The notes: generated by a model not told the origin, from the letters alone. A stretch of 45,222 bases of DNA from Candidatus Nomurabacteria bacterium (GCA_023898525.1 CP060227.1:776440-821661), one strand, 5' to 3'; positions 9,276 to 18,961 are shown, numbered from the stretch's first letter. Numbers and translations: made by a program.

Positions 9276-9669
9276 TGGAGATGGCGAGAATTGAACCCGC
9301 GTCCGAATTAGGGTGTGATCGTGAGTCTACAGTGCGTAGTTAGTTTTTTGGATTTAAAATCATTTGCTTATGAACTGACAAAACACAAATGACTCGAGTT
9401 GTTTAATTCTTAGAAACCTATGACAACGACAAAGGCTTCCAAAGTCTCGTGGCTATTCTACAAGTATCAGCGTATGAGACCTTTACTGAACCTGCATCAT
9501 TCCGGCTAGCGTAAGTTTACGCAAAAGCGGGAGCGAATCCAAATGCGTTAGCATAAGGACTTGGTATTGCTTTTTTTGCAAATACAAAGTGGAACCTTTT
9601 AACGAATTGATTGCCTGTTTCGACACTGCACACAACCGACACGACTAACCGTCGATGCCTAGCATCCCC
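9276..9669 (-). ncRNA. ssrA: tmRNA (ssrA), one-piece
   Basis: 5' GGGGAUGCUAGGCAUCGACGG pairs with 3' ...GCGGGUUCAAUUCUCGCCAUCUCCA, including a G3:U70 wobble and discriminator A. CCA is not encoded (CAA follows). Internal tag frame GCA AAA ... GCG UAA at 9579..9517. smpB lies nearby. Confidence 0.9.
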
Positions 9670-9786
9670 AGTCACGATTTTAGCGAAAGCCTTCGCTAAA
9701 ATCGTGACTGGGAACGGCGTGTAGTTTTAAATTGTCAATTTACCACTTTTTTCATTATACCATATTTTGCCATTTTATACAAATGA

Positions 9787-10836
9787 GTGACCTTGAATCA
9801 CCACCCTAATTGCACAGACCATCACTTCCAAAATATCTGATGTGGAGACTTGAAATTATGTCTCTTTCTAGGACGATGATTTATACGACGAACCGCTTCA
9901 GAAAGTTCTTGTGGAGTAATGGTGTTGAAATCCAAGTCTTTCGGAAAATATTGTCGAAGTAGCCCGTTAGTATTTTCATTGGTACCACGCTCCCAAGAGT
10001 GGTATGGATAAGCAAAGTACACAGTCATACTCGTTTGTTTCTCAAACCGTTCCCAGTCACTGAACTCGGTACCGTTATCAAAGGTAGCGGTCTTTCGTTT
10101 GTTTTTGGGTATACGCCTGAATTTTTCCACCGCCAGTTTAGTGAGTAAAGTAGCATTTAATTTTGGCAGAAGATACGCAATTAGATACCCGCTTCTGCGA
10201 TCAACGAAGGTGACAATACGTACTCGTTTGTCTCTTCCCAGCATAGTATCTCCCTCCCAATCTCCCAAACGGGAGCGACGTTCAATAATGGGCGGTCGTT
10301 CATCAATACGACGTTTCTTGGCTCTTTCACGAACTTTTTCACGTATTTTGGTGCCTCGTTTGCGCCGATACTTGCCTTTCTGAGAACGAAGAAATTGTTT
10401 AAGGTGTGGAGCTCGTTCGTTAATGTATCGGTAGATAGTGCTCGCAGAGATGTCATCACGTACTCCGACTATCTGTTCCGGTGAGTAGTGTTGTTTTAAT
10501 AATCGTTTCACTTCTCGTAATAATACTCCTTTGAGTATTCTAGTACCTTCCATAGCAATGATACGTGCCTGTTTTTTCTTTCTGCGAACCTCGCGAGCAT
10601 CGTATCTATCCCGACCACCATACGCTTTAATATGTCTATTAACCGCACTTGGATCTTTGTTGATAATGTGCGCAATCTCCACTCCTGAGTATCCCGCTTT
10701 GAGCATACGTGAAATAACCGGCCAGTCTTCCGGTCCTATTTGTTTGTGTGACATACAAAAGCAGTATGTATGTCATCTTGACCTGTGCAATTAGGGTGCA
10801 AAGGATTGTGCAATTAGGGTGAGAATTCAGGGACAC
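9787..10836 (-). mobile_element. IS30-family insertion sequence
   Basis: Imperfect terminal inverted repeats of about 30 bp: GTGACCTTGAATCACCACCCTAATTGCACA at 9787-9816 against the reverse complement of 10807-10836 (25/30 match). An extra internal copy CTGTGCAATTAGGGTG is at 10783-10798. One transposase ORF. Confidence 0.85.
9822..10754 (-). CDS. IS30-family DDE transposase
   Basis: N-terminal HTH (GYSGVEIAHIINKDPSAVNRHI), a basic linker, and the DDE core with the DWEGDT motif and FDNGTEF. Confidence 0.9.
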   Translation of the reverse strand: MSHKQIGPEDWPVISRMLKAGYSGVEIAHIINKDPSAVNRHIKAYGGRDRYDAREVRRKKKQARIIAMEGTRILKGVLLREVKRLLKQHYSPEQIVGVRDDISASTIYRYINERAPHLKQFLRSQKGKYRRKRGTKIREKVRERAKKRRIDERPPIIERRSRLGDWEGDTMLGRDKRVRIVTFVDRRSGYLIAYLLPKLNATLLTKLAVEKFRRIPKNKRKTATFDNGTEFSDWERFEKQTSMTVYFAYPYHSWERGTNENTNGLLRQYFPKDLDFNTITPQELSEAVRRINHRPRKRHNFKSPHQIFWK

Positions 10837-11173
10837 AAATTACTTATTGATTATTGTGGAAAATAACCTAGGAACGACCTTTTTCCGGAGCTCAATCGCT
10901 CCTCTCTAGGGTCGCACCTACTTTATTTTCATTATAGTACCTTTGGCAGATTTTATTGATTGCTATAATTCTCATCCTAATTGTGATGAAGGATGAGGGA
11001 TGTTGAAAATAAATTACCCGGCAAACGCGTGAGCCTTTGCCGGGGGGTGGGTTCGTCTGAAATTATATTTATATTATACTGTAATTAGTGCATATCTTTT
11101 ATCTGTTTTTTGTATATGTAATTATTACAGGTTATGTTTCTTGTGTAAAAGATTGCGGTAAAATCATAGCTCT

Positions 11174-11386
11174 TCATAATTCATAATAAAGTCTATCTTT
11201 TATTTTTTCGTATTTGCAATACTTACATTCTGTTATTACTCTATAGATATCCATTCCTTGTATATAGATTCTATGTAAAGCAAACCATCTTTTGCATTTC
11301 GGACATCTTTTCTCCCAGAAAATCATACACAAGGTAATAATTACTGGAACTAAAAAAATAGCAGTAAGTAAAAATTGCTCATCCAT
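11174..11386 (-). CDS. small membrane-anchored zinc-ribbon protein
   Basis: Strong AAGGAGG RBS 7 nt upstream. One TM helix followed by CPKC...CKYC. Lies directly downstream of smpB. Confidence 0.6.
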   Translation of the reverse strand: MDEQFLLTAIFLVPVIITLCMIFWEKRCPKCKRWFALHRIYIQGMDIYRVITECKYCKYEKIKDRLYYEL

Positions 11387-11404
11387 TTTGGAACCTCCTT
11401 TATT

Positions 11405-11851
11405 TTATTGACTCTTTAGAATACGCTCGATATTTCTCTTCGTATCCCGCTCTTTTAGCTTTTCGCGCTTGTCGGCTTTTTTCTTACCGCGTACCAGCGC
11501 GATTTGTAGCTTGATCTTTCTGTTTTTACTATACCACTTAATTGCCACTATTGTCAAACCTTGCTGTTCGCCTTTTTGTACTAGTTCTTTGAGTTCTTTT
11601 TTGTTTAAAAGTAATTTGCGGGTACGTTCTGGGTCGTAGTTTTTTGGAGTGTTGGGAATTTGGTAGGGACTGATAGAGGCACCAAGTAGCCAAGCTTCGC
11701 CACCACGAATTACAACATAAGCTCCATTTAGACTGGCTTTGCCATTTCTGATCGCCTTGACTTCAAAGCCATTCAAAACAGCCCCAGCTTCAAAGGTGTC
11801 CAGGATTTCAAAATCAAAAGTGGCTTTTTTGTTGCGAATATAATCAGTCAT
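11405..11851 (-). CDS. smpB: SsrA-binding protein SmpB
   Basis: NKKATFDFEILDTFEAGAVLNGFEVKAIR...LLLNKKEL...GLTIVAIKWY and a basic C-terminal tail. ATG at 11851 chosen within ORF 11405..11899. Confidence 0.9.
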   Translation of the reverse strand: MTDYIRNKKATFDFEILDTFEAGAVLNGFEVKAIRNGKASLNGAYVVIRGGEAWLLGASISPYQIPNTPKNYDPERTRKLLLNKKELKELVQKGEQQGLTIVAIKWYSKNRKIKLQIALVRGKKKADKREKLKERDTKRNIERILKSQ

Positions 11852-11967
11852 ATTTATGTATATCCATAATACTATAGTGGTTGTGGGAGGATTGGGCAAA
11901 TAAATATTAGTGTTTGGAATCGTATGTACTCGTAATATATGTATTTTTATGTATAATGCACGATACT

Positions 11968-14094
11968 ATGTCAAAAACAGAAAAAGAAAAAGTGGAAACA
12001 ACTGAAACTGATACAAATTCCGCTATTAATAATGAAAATAAACAAGATAAATCAACTGAGCCTAAGGCAGTCGATGATAAAAAAGGTGTTGATAAGAAAG
12101 GGCAAGAAAAGCCTGGGGCAATGAAAAGAATCCGAGGAGCTGGTCAACAGATGCCAATCGGCGCTGGAAACTTTTGGAACAACATGTTGTCGACAGTGTT
12201 GTTGCTGGTTTTGATTACACTAGTCTTCAGTCACCTGACTGATACACAACAGAAGCCGGAAGAAATTTCGCTTTCTGAAGTAGTGACGCAGGTAAAGGCT
12301 GGTGAGGTGAAGGAGATAATTGTGCGTGGTAGCAAGCTCGAGATTAACTATACCGACGAAACCCGTAATTCGGCTGAGACAAAGAGGGAAACAGACGCTT
12401 CTGTGACCGAGTCTTTGACAAATCTGGGAGTAACTACTGATCAGTTGAATGCCATAAAGATAGACGTACAACGTGAGACTGGTTTTGGCTACTGGCTTGG
12501 ACAATTTGCACCGTTTATTTTCCCGCTGCTGTTTTTGATTATCATCGTTTGGTTTTTCATGCGGTCAGTTAAAGGGGCTGGTATGCAGGCTCTTAATTTC
12601 GGTTCAAGTAAGGCACGGATGATTGACCCAAATGACACCTCACAAAAAGTTACCTTTAAAGATGTGGCGGGGGCTAAAGAAGCTAAACAAGAACTTGAAG
12701 AGATAGTGGACTTCCTTAAAAATCCAAAGAAGTTCCTGGATATTGGTGCAGAGATTCCAAAAGGGGTGATGATGATGGGGGCGCCGGGTACCGGAAAGAC
12801 ATTGTTGGCACGGGCGGTAGCGGGAGAGGCTGGAGTGCCTTTCTTCTCTATCTCTGGATCAGAGTTCGTAGAGATGTTTGTGGGGGTTGGTGCTTCGCGA
12901 GTGCGTGACTTGTTTTCTATGGCTAAAAAATCAGCGCCGGCAATTATCTTTGTGGATGAGATTGATGCAGTGGGACGGGTTCGTGGTACGGGAGTGGGGG
13001 GAGGTAATGATGAGCGTGAACAAACCTTAAACCAAATCTTGGTTGAGATGGATGGTTTTGAGCCAAATGCAAAGGTGATTGTCATGGCAGCTACCAACCG
13101 TCCGGACGTGCTTGATCCAGCACTCCTTCGTCCTGGCCGCTTTGACCGACGGGTTACAATTGACTTACCAGACCGTAAAGACCGTGAAGAAATTCTAAAA
13201 GTGCATGCCCGCAAAAAACCACTTCAGGATGACGTGAATCTAGAGATAGTGGCGCAGCGTACACCTGGTTTTTCTGGTGCAGATCTGTACTCTCTCATGA
13301 ACGAAGCGGCCATCTTAGCGGCCCGTGAAAAGAGAAATAAGGTTGGACAATTTGATGTTATCCGTTCAATCGAAAAAGTGATGCTCGGTCCAGAGCGTAA
13401 GAGTCATGTACTTTCTAAGCGCGAGCGATTGTTGACTGCTTATCATGAAGTAGGACATGCTTTGGTAGCGTCTGTCTTGCCTTATACTGATCCGGTGCAG
13501 AAAATTTCAGTCATCTCTCGTGGACGAGCGGCCGGTTATACTCTCAAGTTACCAGATGAGGATCGACGAATGCACACCAAGAAGGAATTCTTGGATGATA
13601 TCGCAATGACACTTGGTGGCTATGTGACTGAAGAAATGATCTTTGGTGACTTGACTACCGGTCCAAGTAACGACTTGCAAGTGGTGGCGAATATGGCGCG
13701 AGACATGGTCACTAAGTATGGTATGAGCGAGCTCGGTCCGATTGCTTTTGAAGGGACTGGCGGAAGAATGATCGGTGGCGGTATGAGTGAGGATAGGGGT
13801 TACTCACCTCAGGTAGCTAAAGCAATAGATGATGAGGTGAAGAAAATAATCGAAGAAGGAAAAGAAAAGGCGCGAGAAATTTTGACGAAGTATCGCAAGG
13901 CGCTTGACGTTATTTCTCACAAGTTAGCTGAAGTAGAAACATTGGAAAGAGAAGAGTATGAAGCGCTCCTAAAGCAAGAAGGTGTTGAGATCAAAGATGT
14001 TTATAAGGAGCAAAGGGAAAAAGAGGAGAAAGTTGGTGACCCAACCAAAGCTCTAGAGCTTGACCCGGATGGTGACACTTTGGCGGATAAGTAA
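11968..14094 (+). CDS. ftsH: ATP-dependent zinc metalloprotease FtsH
   Basis: Walker A GAPGTGKT, Walker [33 protein letters not shown], and zinc site HEVGHAL. There is a charged N-terminal extension before TM1. Start ATG 11968 (TATAAT at 11952-11957). Confidence 0.95.
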   Translation: MSKTEKEKVETTETDTNSAINNENKQDKSTEPKAVDDKKGVDKKGQEKPGAMKRIRGAGQQMPIGAGNFWNNMLSTVLLLVLITLVFSHLTDTQQKPEEISLSEVVTQVKAGEVKEIIVRGSKLEINYTDETRNSAETKRETDASVTESLTNLGVTTDQLNAIKIDVQRETGFGYWLGQFAPFIFPLLFLIIIVWFFMRSVKGAGMQALNFGSSKARMIDPNDTSQKVTFKDVAGAKEAKQELEEIVDFLKNPKKFLDIGAEIPKGVMMMGAPGTGKTLLARAVAGEAGVPFFSISGSEFVEMFVGVGASRVRDLFSMAKKSAPAIIFVDEIDAVGRVRGTGVGGGNDEREQTLNQILVEMDGFEPNAKVIVMAATNRPDVLDPALLRPGRFDRRVTIDLPDRKDREEILKVHARKKPLQDDVNLEIVAQRTPGFSGADLYSLMNEAAILAAREKRNKVGQFDVIRSIEKVMLGPERKSHVLSKRERLLTAYHEVGHALVASVLPYTDPVQKISVISRGRAAGYTLKLPDEDRRMHTKKEFLDDIAMTLGGYVTEEMIFGDLTTGPSNDLQVVANMARDMVTKYGMSELGPIAFEGTGGRMIGGGMSEDRGYSPQVAKAIDDEVKKIIEEGKEKAREILTKYRKALDVISHKLAEVETLEREEYEALLKQEGVEIKDVYKEQREKEEKVGDPTKALELDPDGDTLADK

Positions 14095-14113
14095 GATATT
14101 TTAAAAAGAATTG

Positions 14114-14142
14114 AAAAAACGGTCGCTTGCGACCGTTTTTTT
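14114..14142. terminator. bidirectional terminator between ftsH and the 14149 gene
   Basis: AAAAAACGGTCGC tt GCGACCGTTTTTT. Confidence 0.8.
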
Positions 14143-14148
14143 GATAGT

Positions 14149-14616
14149 TCAATGAACTGTCTCGCCAAATTTCAGAGCGTCAATGATTATTTCTGATGGT
14201 ATGGTTATATTGTTTTTTTCAATGAACTCTAATATTAATCTTAAGTGTTCTTCAGGCACTCCGTCAGATAATTCGTGTAACAGTTTGATTATAAAATTTT
14301 CTTTATCAATAATATCTAAACTGTTGTCCAATAAAGATTTAAAGTTAAAAAAAACTAGGGCAAAGGCTTGATTACTGTTATTGTTGTCTATAAATAGACC
14401 GTATAAGTTGTTGTTACCTATAAGATCTATTCTGCACGGATTCAGTTCACTGTATTCAACTTTTTCGGTCTGTACAAAAAGGCAGTCTAGGTCAGGTCTA
14501 TAAATTGTCCCTTGCTCCAATATTAGTAATTGGTTGATTATTTCACTTTTATATATGTTTTCACCATATACATCATCATTATCACCAAAAAACGAAAATA
14601 TATCTGCATTGTTCAT
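14149..14616 (-). CDS. orphan hypothetical protein (AT-rich)
   Basis: AGGAGG RBS before the ATG at 14616. 155 aa with no motif recognised and its own terminator. Confidence 0.55.
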   Translation of the reverse strand: MNNADIFSFFGDNDDVYGENIYKSEIINQLLILEQGTIYRPDLDCLFVQTEKVEYSELNPCRIDLIGNNNLYGLFIDNNNSNQAFALVFFNFKSLLDNSLDIIDKENFIIKLLHELSDGVPEEHLRLILEFIEKNNITIPSEIIIDALKFGETVH

Positions 14617-14700
14617 GTACTTTTCCTCCTTGTATGAGATTGTGTTTATGTCCAAGGTTCAAACTCTTTTTACTCTATCACAAACTTAAAAAGTAAAAAA

Positions 14701-14719
14701 GCAGACCGTAATGGTCTGC
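14701..14719 (-). terminator. intrinsic terminator after the 14739 gene
   Basis: GCAGACC gtaat GGTCTGC followed by a T run on the minus strand. Confidence 0.7.
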
Positions 14720-14738
14720 TTATGTTTTGATACTGATC

Positions 14739-15218
14739 TTAATCTTCTTTTACAAACCAAAGTTTTGGATTTGTTAAACAAAGCCATAAACATTTTGTAT
14801 AGTACAAGGTGATAGTTTTTAAATATTTTCTAGCTACTTTTTTTAGAAAGATAGACAAAATTTCCCTGAGCCACATTTCGGTTAGTAAGACTGGTACCAA
14901 TTTTACATTATGCAAATCTTTTGGTAGGTCAAGTTGAAATCCGACTACCATGTCTGGAAAAGGTATGTGGTTGCAAGTTATTACTTCAAGACAACAACTA
15001 ACCCTTTTGTATTTAAAAGACCAGCCAACTATAAAAACTTCAATTCCTTTTATACTTCGGTTTGGGTCACCTGATCTAACATAGCTAGCAAATGGTTTAA
15101 AAGGACCAAATTTATGATATTTTTTTACGAATTTGTAAAAGTGATCCCAAAGAGGACCTTCTTCCGCTATTACTGGTAATTTTTTTTCGTATACTATCGG
15201 TAAATGTTTTGTCTCCAT
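14739..15218 (-). CDS. orphan hypothetical protein (AT-rich)
   Basis: AAGGAGG RBS before the ATG at 15218 (METKHLPIVY). 159 aa with no motif recognised. Confidence 0.55.
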   Translation of the reverse strand: METKHLPIVYEKKLPVIAEEGPLWDHFYKFVKKYHKFGPFKPFASYVRSGDPNRSIKGIEVFIVGWSFKYKRVSCCLEVITCNHIPFPDMVVGFQLDLPKDLHNVKLVPVLLTEMWLREILSIFLKKVARKYLKTITLYYTKCLWLCLTNPKLWFVKED

Positions 15219-15424
15219 TGGGACACCTCCTTGTTTTGGTTGAAAATAGTGCTTCCAAAAACTAATACTAGCATTATATTTGAGTGTAAGCAAAAAGATA
15301 GATTTAGTGGTTAGTTTAAGGTTGGTTGAAGTTTAACGTTGTGTTATGAGAAAATTCCCCTAGTATCTAAACACTTCACCATTGTATAATTCAAAGATAT
15401 TTTAAAAATAAATTTATTTACTTC

Positions 15425-18400
15425 ATGAAAATTATTGGCGGTTTCTTTTTAAGGGTGTTTGGTGCATTGATCTTCACAGGTCTTATTTTTATATTGTATG
15501 GTTGGCAGCAAGTGGCTTTGGCGGCGTCACTTAGTGATCTTGGTCCCCAGACAGTTGAGTCTACTCCTTTAAGTCAAGGGACTCTTTTTGTAGCACCAGA
15601 CGGAAGTGGTACTAATTGTACAGAAGTGTCTCCGTGTAGTATTTGGACGGCAAACGGCAAGGTTGTGCCGGGTGACGTGGTTTTTTTGCGGGGAGGGACT
15701 TACGCTTTAGATAAAAAAGTAAATATGTACCACACAGCTACGGCTGCTAATCCAATAGTATTTGAAAGTTACCCGGGAGAGTGGGCGGTGTTTGACGGTG
15801 GTCAGAACGAAAAAGGGTTGAAAGTTTTTTTACAGCTAACTGGAAAACATATTCAGCTACGTAAGTTTGAAGTCAAAAACATGCCGGTCCAAGGTATCTG
15901 GATTGGTGGTACAGATAACTTACTTGACGGTATACATGTGCACCATAATGCTTTGAGTGGTATTCAGGTCTATAGCCCCTACGATCAGTATCCATATGAT
16001 GCCTATGGTTCTCGAAATGTTATTCGCAACTGTACTTCTCATGACAACTCTGACGCTGGGCTAACTTCATCCGGCTTTGGTGATGGAAATAATGCTGATG
16101 GTGTAGCAATCTCTTCTGGTGAAGGTAATAGAGTTGAGCATTGTTTGGTCTACCATAACTCCGATGATGGTATCGACGCCTGGCGGTCAACTAATACTTA
16201 TTTTGGTTACAATATTGTTCATTCCAATGGTTATGCTAGCGGTAATGGTAATGGTATAAAGGCTGGGTCATCACAAGGACAAAGTTTTGGTACTATTGTG
16301 GAGCATAACTTGTCATACTCAAATGCTGGATATGGTGGCATTATCCATAATGGAGGAGTAGACCAGACATATATTAATAATACGACTTGGAATAACGCAA
16401 CTTACGGCCTGGTTTTATCAAAGGAGGTAACAGCTCTTAATAACGTAACCACAGACCCGCTTGGTCCAAGTAATCCAAAATACGCAGACAACAACTCTTG
16501 GCAACGCACCGGTACGGTGGAATTTATCAGTACCAACCCAAGCTCTTCGAGTTTCCTAAAACCAATAGCCGGTGGAGGTTTTGAAGATATTGGGGCTTAT
16601 GCTGGAGTATCGAGTGGTGGGACAACAGTGTCTCTATCAGATCTGGTAGTGGAAAGTTTGTCGTACGACGAAAGTACTGGAAAGTTTACCGCAGTAGTAA
16701 AAAATCAAGGGGCGGCCGCTACACCAAGTAATAAGAGTATAGGAGTAGCCTTCTTGGTAGATGATATTGAAAAGGTCCAAGGGCAAACCTCTGGCCCGTT
16801 GGCTGTAGGAGCATCAGTGAGTATTGTTAGTGGTAGTGTTTATACAGTATCAGAAGGCTCACATACATTAACTGCCAAAGTTGATAGCAATGGTAATATT
16901 TCTGAGTCTAATGAATCTAACAATAATTTTAGTCAAGACATTACAATTGCCGGTTCGTCTTCAAATATCTCTGTTGGTACAATAGATGGCATCGGTCCAC
17001 AACCCATCACCCCAACTCCTCTTAGCCAAGGTACTATCTTCGTTGCACCAAATGGTACTGGAGCTGCCTGTACTGACGCCAATCCTTGTGACATCTGGAC
17101 TGCTATTGACAAAGCTGTAGCTGGAGATGTCGTTTTCCTTAAAGGTGGTACTTACCAAGTAACTAAGAACATTTACCTCAATAATATTGGTACTGCTTCC
17201 AATCCGGTGATCTATGAGAGCTATCCAGGACAAAAAGCGGTGTTTGATGGAGCTAGTCTGCTAAGAGGAAGCTGGACTCAATTATTAATCACGGGTAAAT
17301 ATATACACTTACGCAATATAGAGGTAAAAGGAATGCCTAGATCTGGTATTGAGATTAACGGTACTGATAATATCGTTGATGGTATACACTCTCATCATAA
17401 TACTCTGTCTGGTATCAGTATATACAGTTCTCCTAATGGTGATGATAAGCCTAATGCTGGTTCCAGGAATATTATGCGTAATTGTATTGCGCACGATAAC
17501 TCCGATGCTGGTTTAACTGGTAGTGGTTATAATGACGGTAATAATGCTGACGGTTTGAAGGTTCATAGTGGTTTTGATAATAGGGTTGAAAATTGTCTGG
17601 TCTACAACAATTCTGATGATGGTATTGATACTTGGGTGTCGGTGGGAACTTATGTTGGTTATAGTATCTTCTATTCTAATGGTTTAGCGGCAGGTGATGG
17701 TAACGGCATCAAAGCTGGAGGTATCAAAGCTGGCACTACTGTTCAGGGTAGAAACGCTTACATCGATCACAACATATCTTATTCTAATCGGAGTAGAGGT
17801 TTGGATACAAACCAAGGAAAAAATGTTACTTTCATCAATAACACCACTTGGAATAACGCTGCTAGAGGAACTTTTGCTGGTGATACTACAATGAAAAATA
17901 ACATATCTACCGACACTAAAATTTGGTCAGTTGATGCTGGTATTCAAGTAAACAACTCTTGGCAACGCACCGGTACGGTGGAATTTATCAGTACCAACCC
18001 AAGCTCTTCGAGTTTCCTAAAACCAACAGCCGGTGGAGGTTTTGAAGATATTGGGGCTTATGCTTCTATGGTTTCGTCGAATTCGTCCAGTAACGGCAGT
18101 AACACACAAGGGACAAGTTTAATTAATAACACTACTTCTAATACGACTAACTCATTGTCGTCTGGTGGTGGTTCTGGTTCTTCTAATACAGCAAATTCAA
18201 GTAATGACAATTTATCTAATACTTCAACGGGAGATAGTGTTGCACCGACTGAATCTCCAATTACCACCAATAGTCTTAATAATTCAGTGATGGCAAGTAC
18301 CCAGCCGATTTTAACTACCAAGATGGGTATTGGTTCAAGAGGATCAGAGGTCAAACTACTCCAACAATTGTTGAACAGAGATCCTGTCACTCAAGTGGCT

Positions 18401-18961
18401 GCTTACGGTGACGGCTCCAAGGGTAATGAAACTGATTTTTACGGAACATTAACCGCGGAAGCAGTTGGAAAGTTTCAAATTAAATATGGAGTATTGCAAA
18501 GCAGAAACGAAGAAGGTTATGGAAATGTCGGTCCTCTTACACTAGCAAAGCTCAATGCGGTGTTTTCAACTCCGAGCCCTTCCGCTGAGCTTGTTGGACA
18601 AGCTTTACTTATGCAGCAGATAAATGACTTACTAAATCAGGTGCGATATTTGCAGTCATTATTGGCCCAGAAAATGAACGGCAATATCGGGACTGTGTTT
18701 ACTAGGAATTTAGCTTACGGATCAGAAGGTGAGGATGTTCGTCGGTTGCAAATAAAACTAAATACAGATTTGGAAACCCAAGTTTCGCTGACTGGTGATG
18801 GGGCACCTGGATTGGAGACGACTTTCTTTGGTAAGGGTACTGAGGCGGCGGTTAAACGCTTTCAAGAAAAGTACAACATTATTAATTACGGAACACCAGA
18901 GACCACCGGTTACGGAGCCTTTGGTCCGGCCACTAGAGTAATGATGGAGAGCTTGTATTAG
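15425..18961 (+). CDS. giant secreted protein: two right-handed beta-helix modules, a CARDB-like domain, a Ser/Asn-rich linker and two PG_binding_1 domains
   Basis: Signal/TM at the N terminus. Duplicated modules run LSQGT(L/I)FVAP(D/N)G(S/T)G...HDNSDAGLT...NSDDGID...GNGIKAG. CARDB-like LVVESLSYDESTGKFTAVVKNQG...NESNNNFS. C-terminal GSRGSEVKLLQQLLN...FQIKYGV and GSEGEDVRRLQIKLN...FQEKYNI. Confidence 0.8.
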   Translation: MKIIGGFFLRVFGALIFTGLIFILYGWQQVALAASLSDLGPQTVESTPLSQGTLFVAPDGSGTNCTEVSPCSIWTANGKVVPGDVVFLRGGTYALDKKVNMYHTATAANPIVFESYPGEWAVFDGGQNEKGLKVFLQLTGKHIQLRKFEVKNMPVQGIWIGGTDNLLDGIHVHHNALSGIQVYSPYDQYPYDAYGSRNVIRNCTSHDNSDAGLTSSGFGDGNNADGVAISSGEGNRVEHCLVYHNSDDGIDAWRSTNTYFGYNIVHSNGYASGNGNGIKAGSSQGQSFGTIVEHNLSYSNAGYGGIIHNGGVDQTYINNTTWNNATYGLVLSKEVTALNNVTTDPLGPSNPKYADNNSWQRTGTVEFISTNPSSSSFLKPIAGGGFEDIGAYAGVSSGGTTVSLSDLVVESLSYDESTGKFTAVVKNQGAAATPSNKSIGVAFLVDDIEKVQGQTSGPLAVGASVSIVSGSVYTVSEGSHTLTAKVDSNGNISESNESNNNFSQDITIAGSSSNISVGTIDGIGPQPITPTPLSQGTIFVAPNGTGAACTDANPCDIWTAIDKAVAGDVVFLKGGTYQVTKNIYLNNIGTASNPVIYESYPGQKAVFDGASLLRGSWTQLLITGKYIHLRNIEVKGMPRSGIEINGTDNIVDGIHSHHNTLSGISIYSSPNGDDKPNAGSRNIMRNCIAHDNSDAGLTGSGYNDGNNADGLKVHSGFDNRVENCLVYNNSDDGIDTWVSVGTYVGYSIFYSNGLAAGDGNGIKAGGIKAGTTVQGRNAYIDHNISYSNRSRGLDTNQGKNVTFINNTTWNNAARGTFAGDTTMKNNISTDTKIWSVDAGIQVNNSWQRTGTVEFISTNPSSSSFLKPTAGGGFEDIGAYASMVSSNSSSNGSNTQGTSLINNTTSNTTNSLSSGGGSGSSNTANSSNDNLSNTSTGDSVAPTESPITTNSLNNSVMASTQPILTTKMGIGSRGSEVKLLQQLLNRDPVTQVAAYGDGSKGNETDFYGTLTAEAVGKFQIKYGVLQSRNEEGYGNVGPLTLAKLNAVFSTPSPSAELVGQALLMQQINDLLNQVRYLQSLLAQKMNGNIGTVFTRNLAYGSEGEDVRRLQIKLNTDLETQVSLTGDGAPGLETTFFGKGTEAAVKRFQEKYNIINYGTPETTGYGAFGPATRVMMESLY
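16490..16603 (+). repeat. 114-nt near-identical intragenic repeat, copy A
   Basis: Identical to 17951-18064 apart from one T/C difference (16566 vs 18027). Encodes NNSWQRTGTVEFISTNPSSSSFLKP(I/T)AGGGFEDIGAYA. Confidence 0.9.
17951..18064 (+). repeat. 114-nt near-identical intragenic repeat, copy B
   Basis: See copy A. The offset of 1461 nt corresponds to a 487-aa module. Confidence 0.9.

Noticed and set aside
10099-10794. Plus-strand ORFs (94 and 87 aa) and the nested minus-strand ORF 10181..10459 inside the IS30 element
   Set aside because: They are nested within or opposite the DDE transposase frame, and their products are basic and low-complexity.
12489-13214. 241-aa antisense ORF within ftsH
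   Set aside because: It lies opposite the most conserved AAA+ region of ftsH. The product is Arg/Ser/Pro-rich with no RBS.
16490-18064. The 114-nt near-identical repeat pair as a diversity-generating retroelement TR/VR pair
   Set aside because: No reverse transcriptase ORF exists anywhere in the window. The only difference is a single T/C, not adenine-specific. Both copies sit at equivalent positions of duplicated modules in one ORF, so gene conversion explains it.
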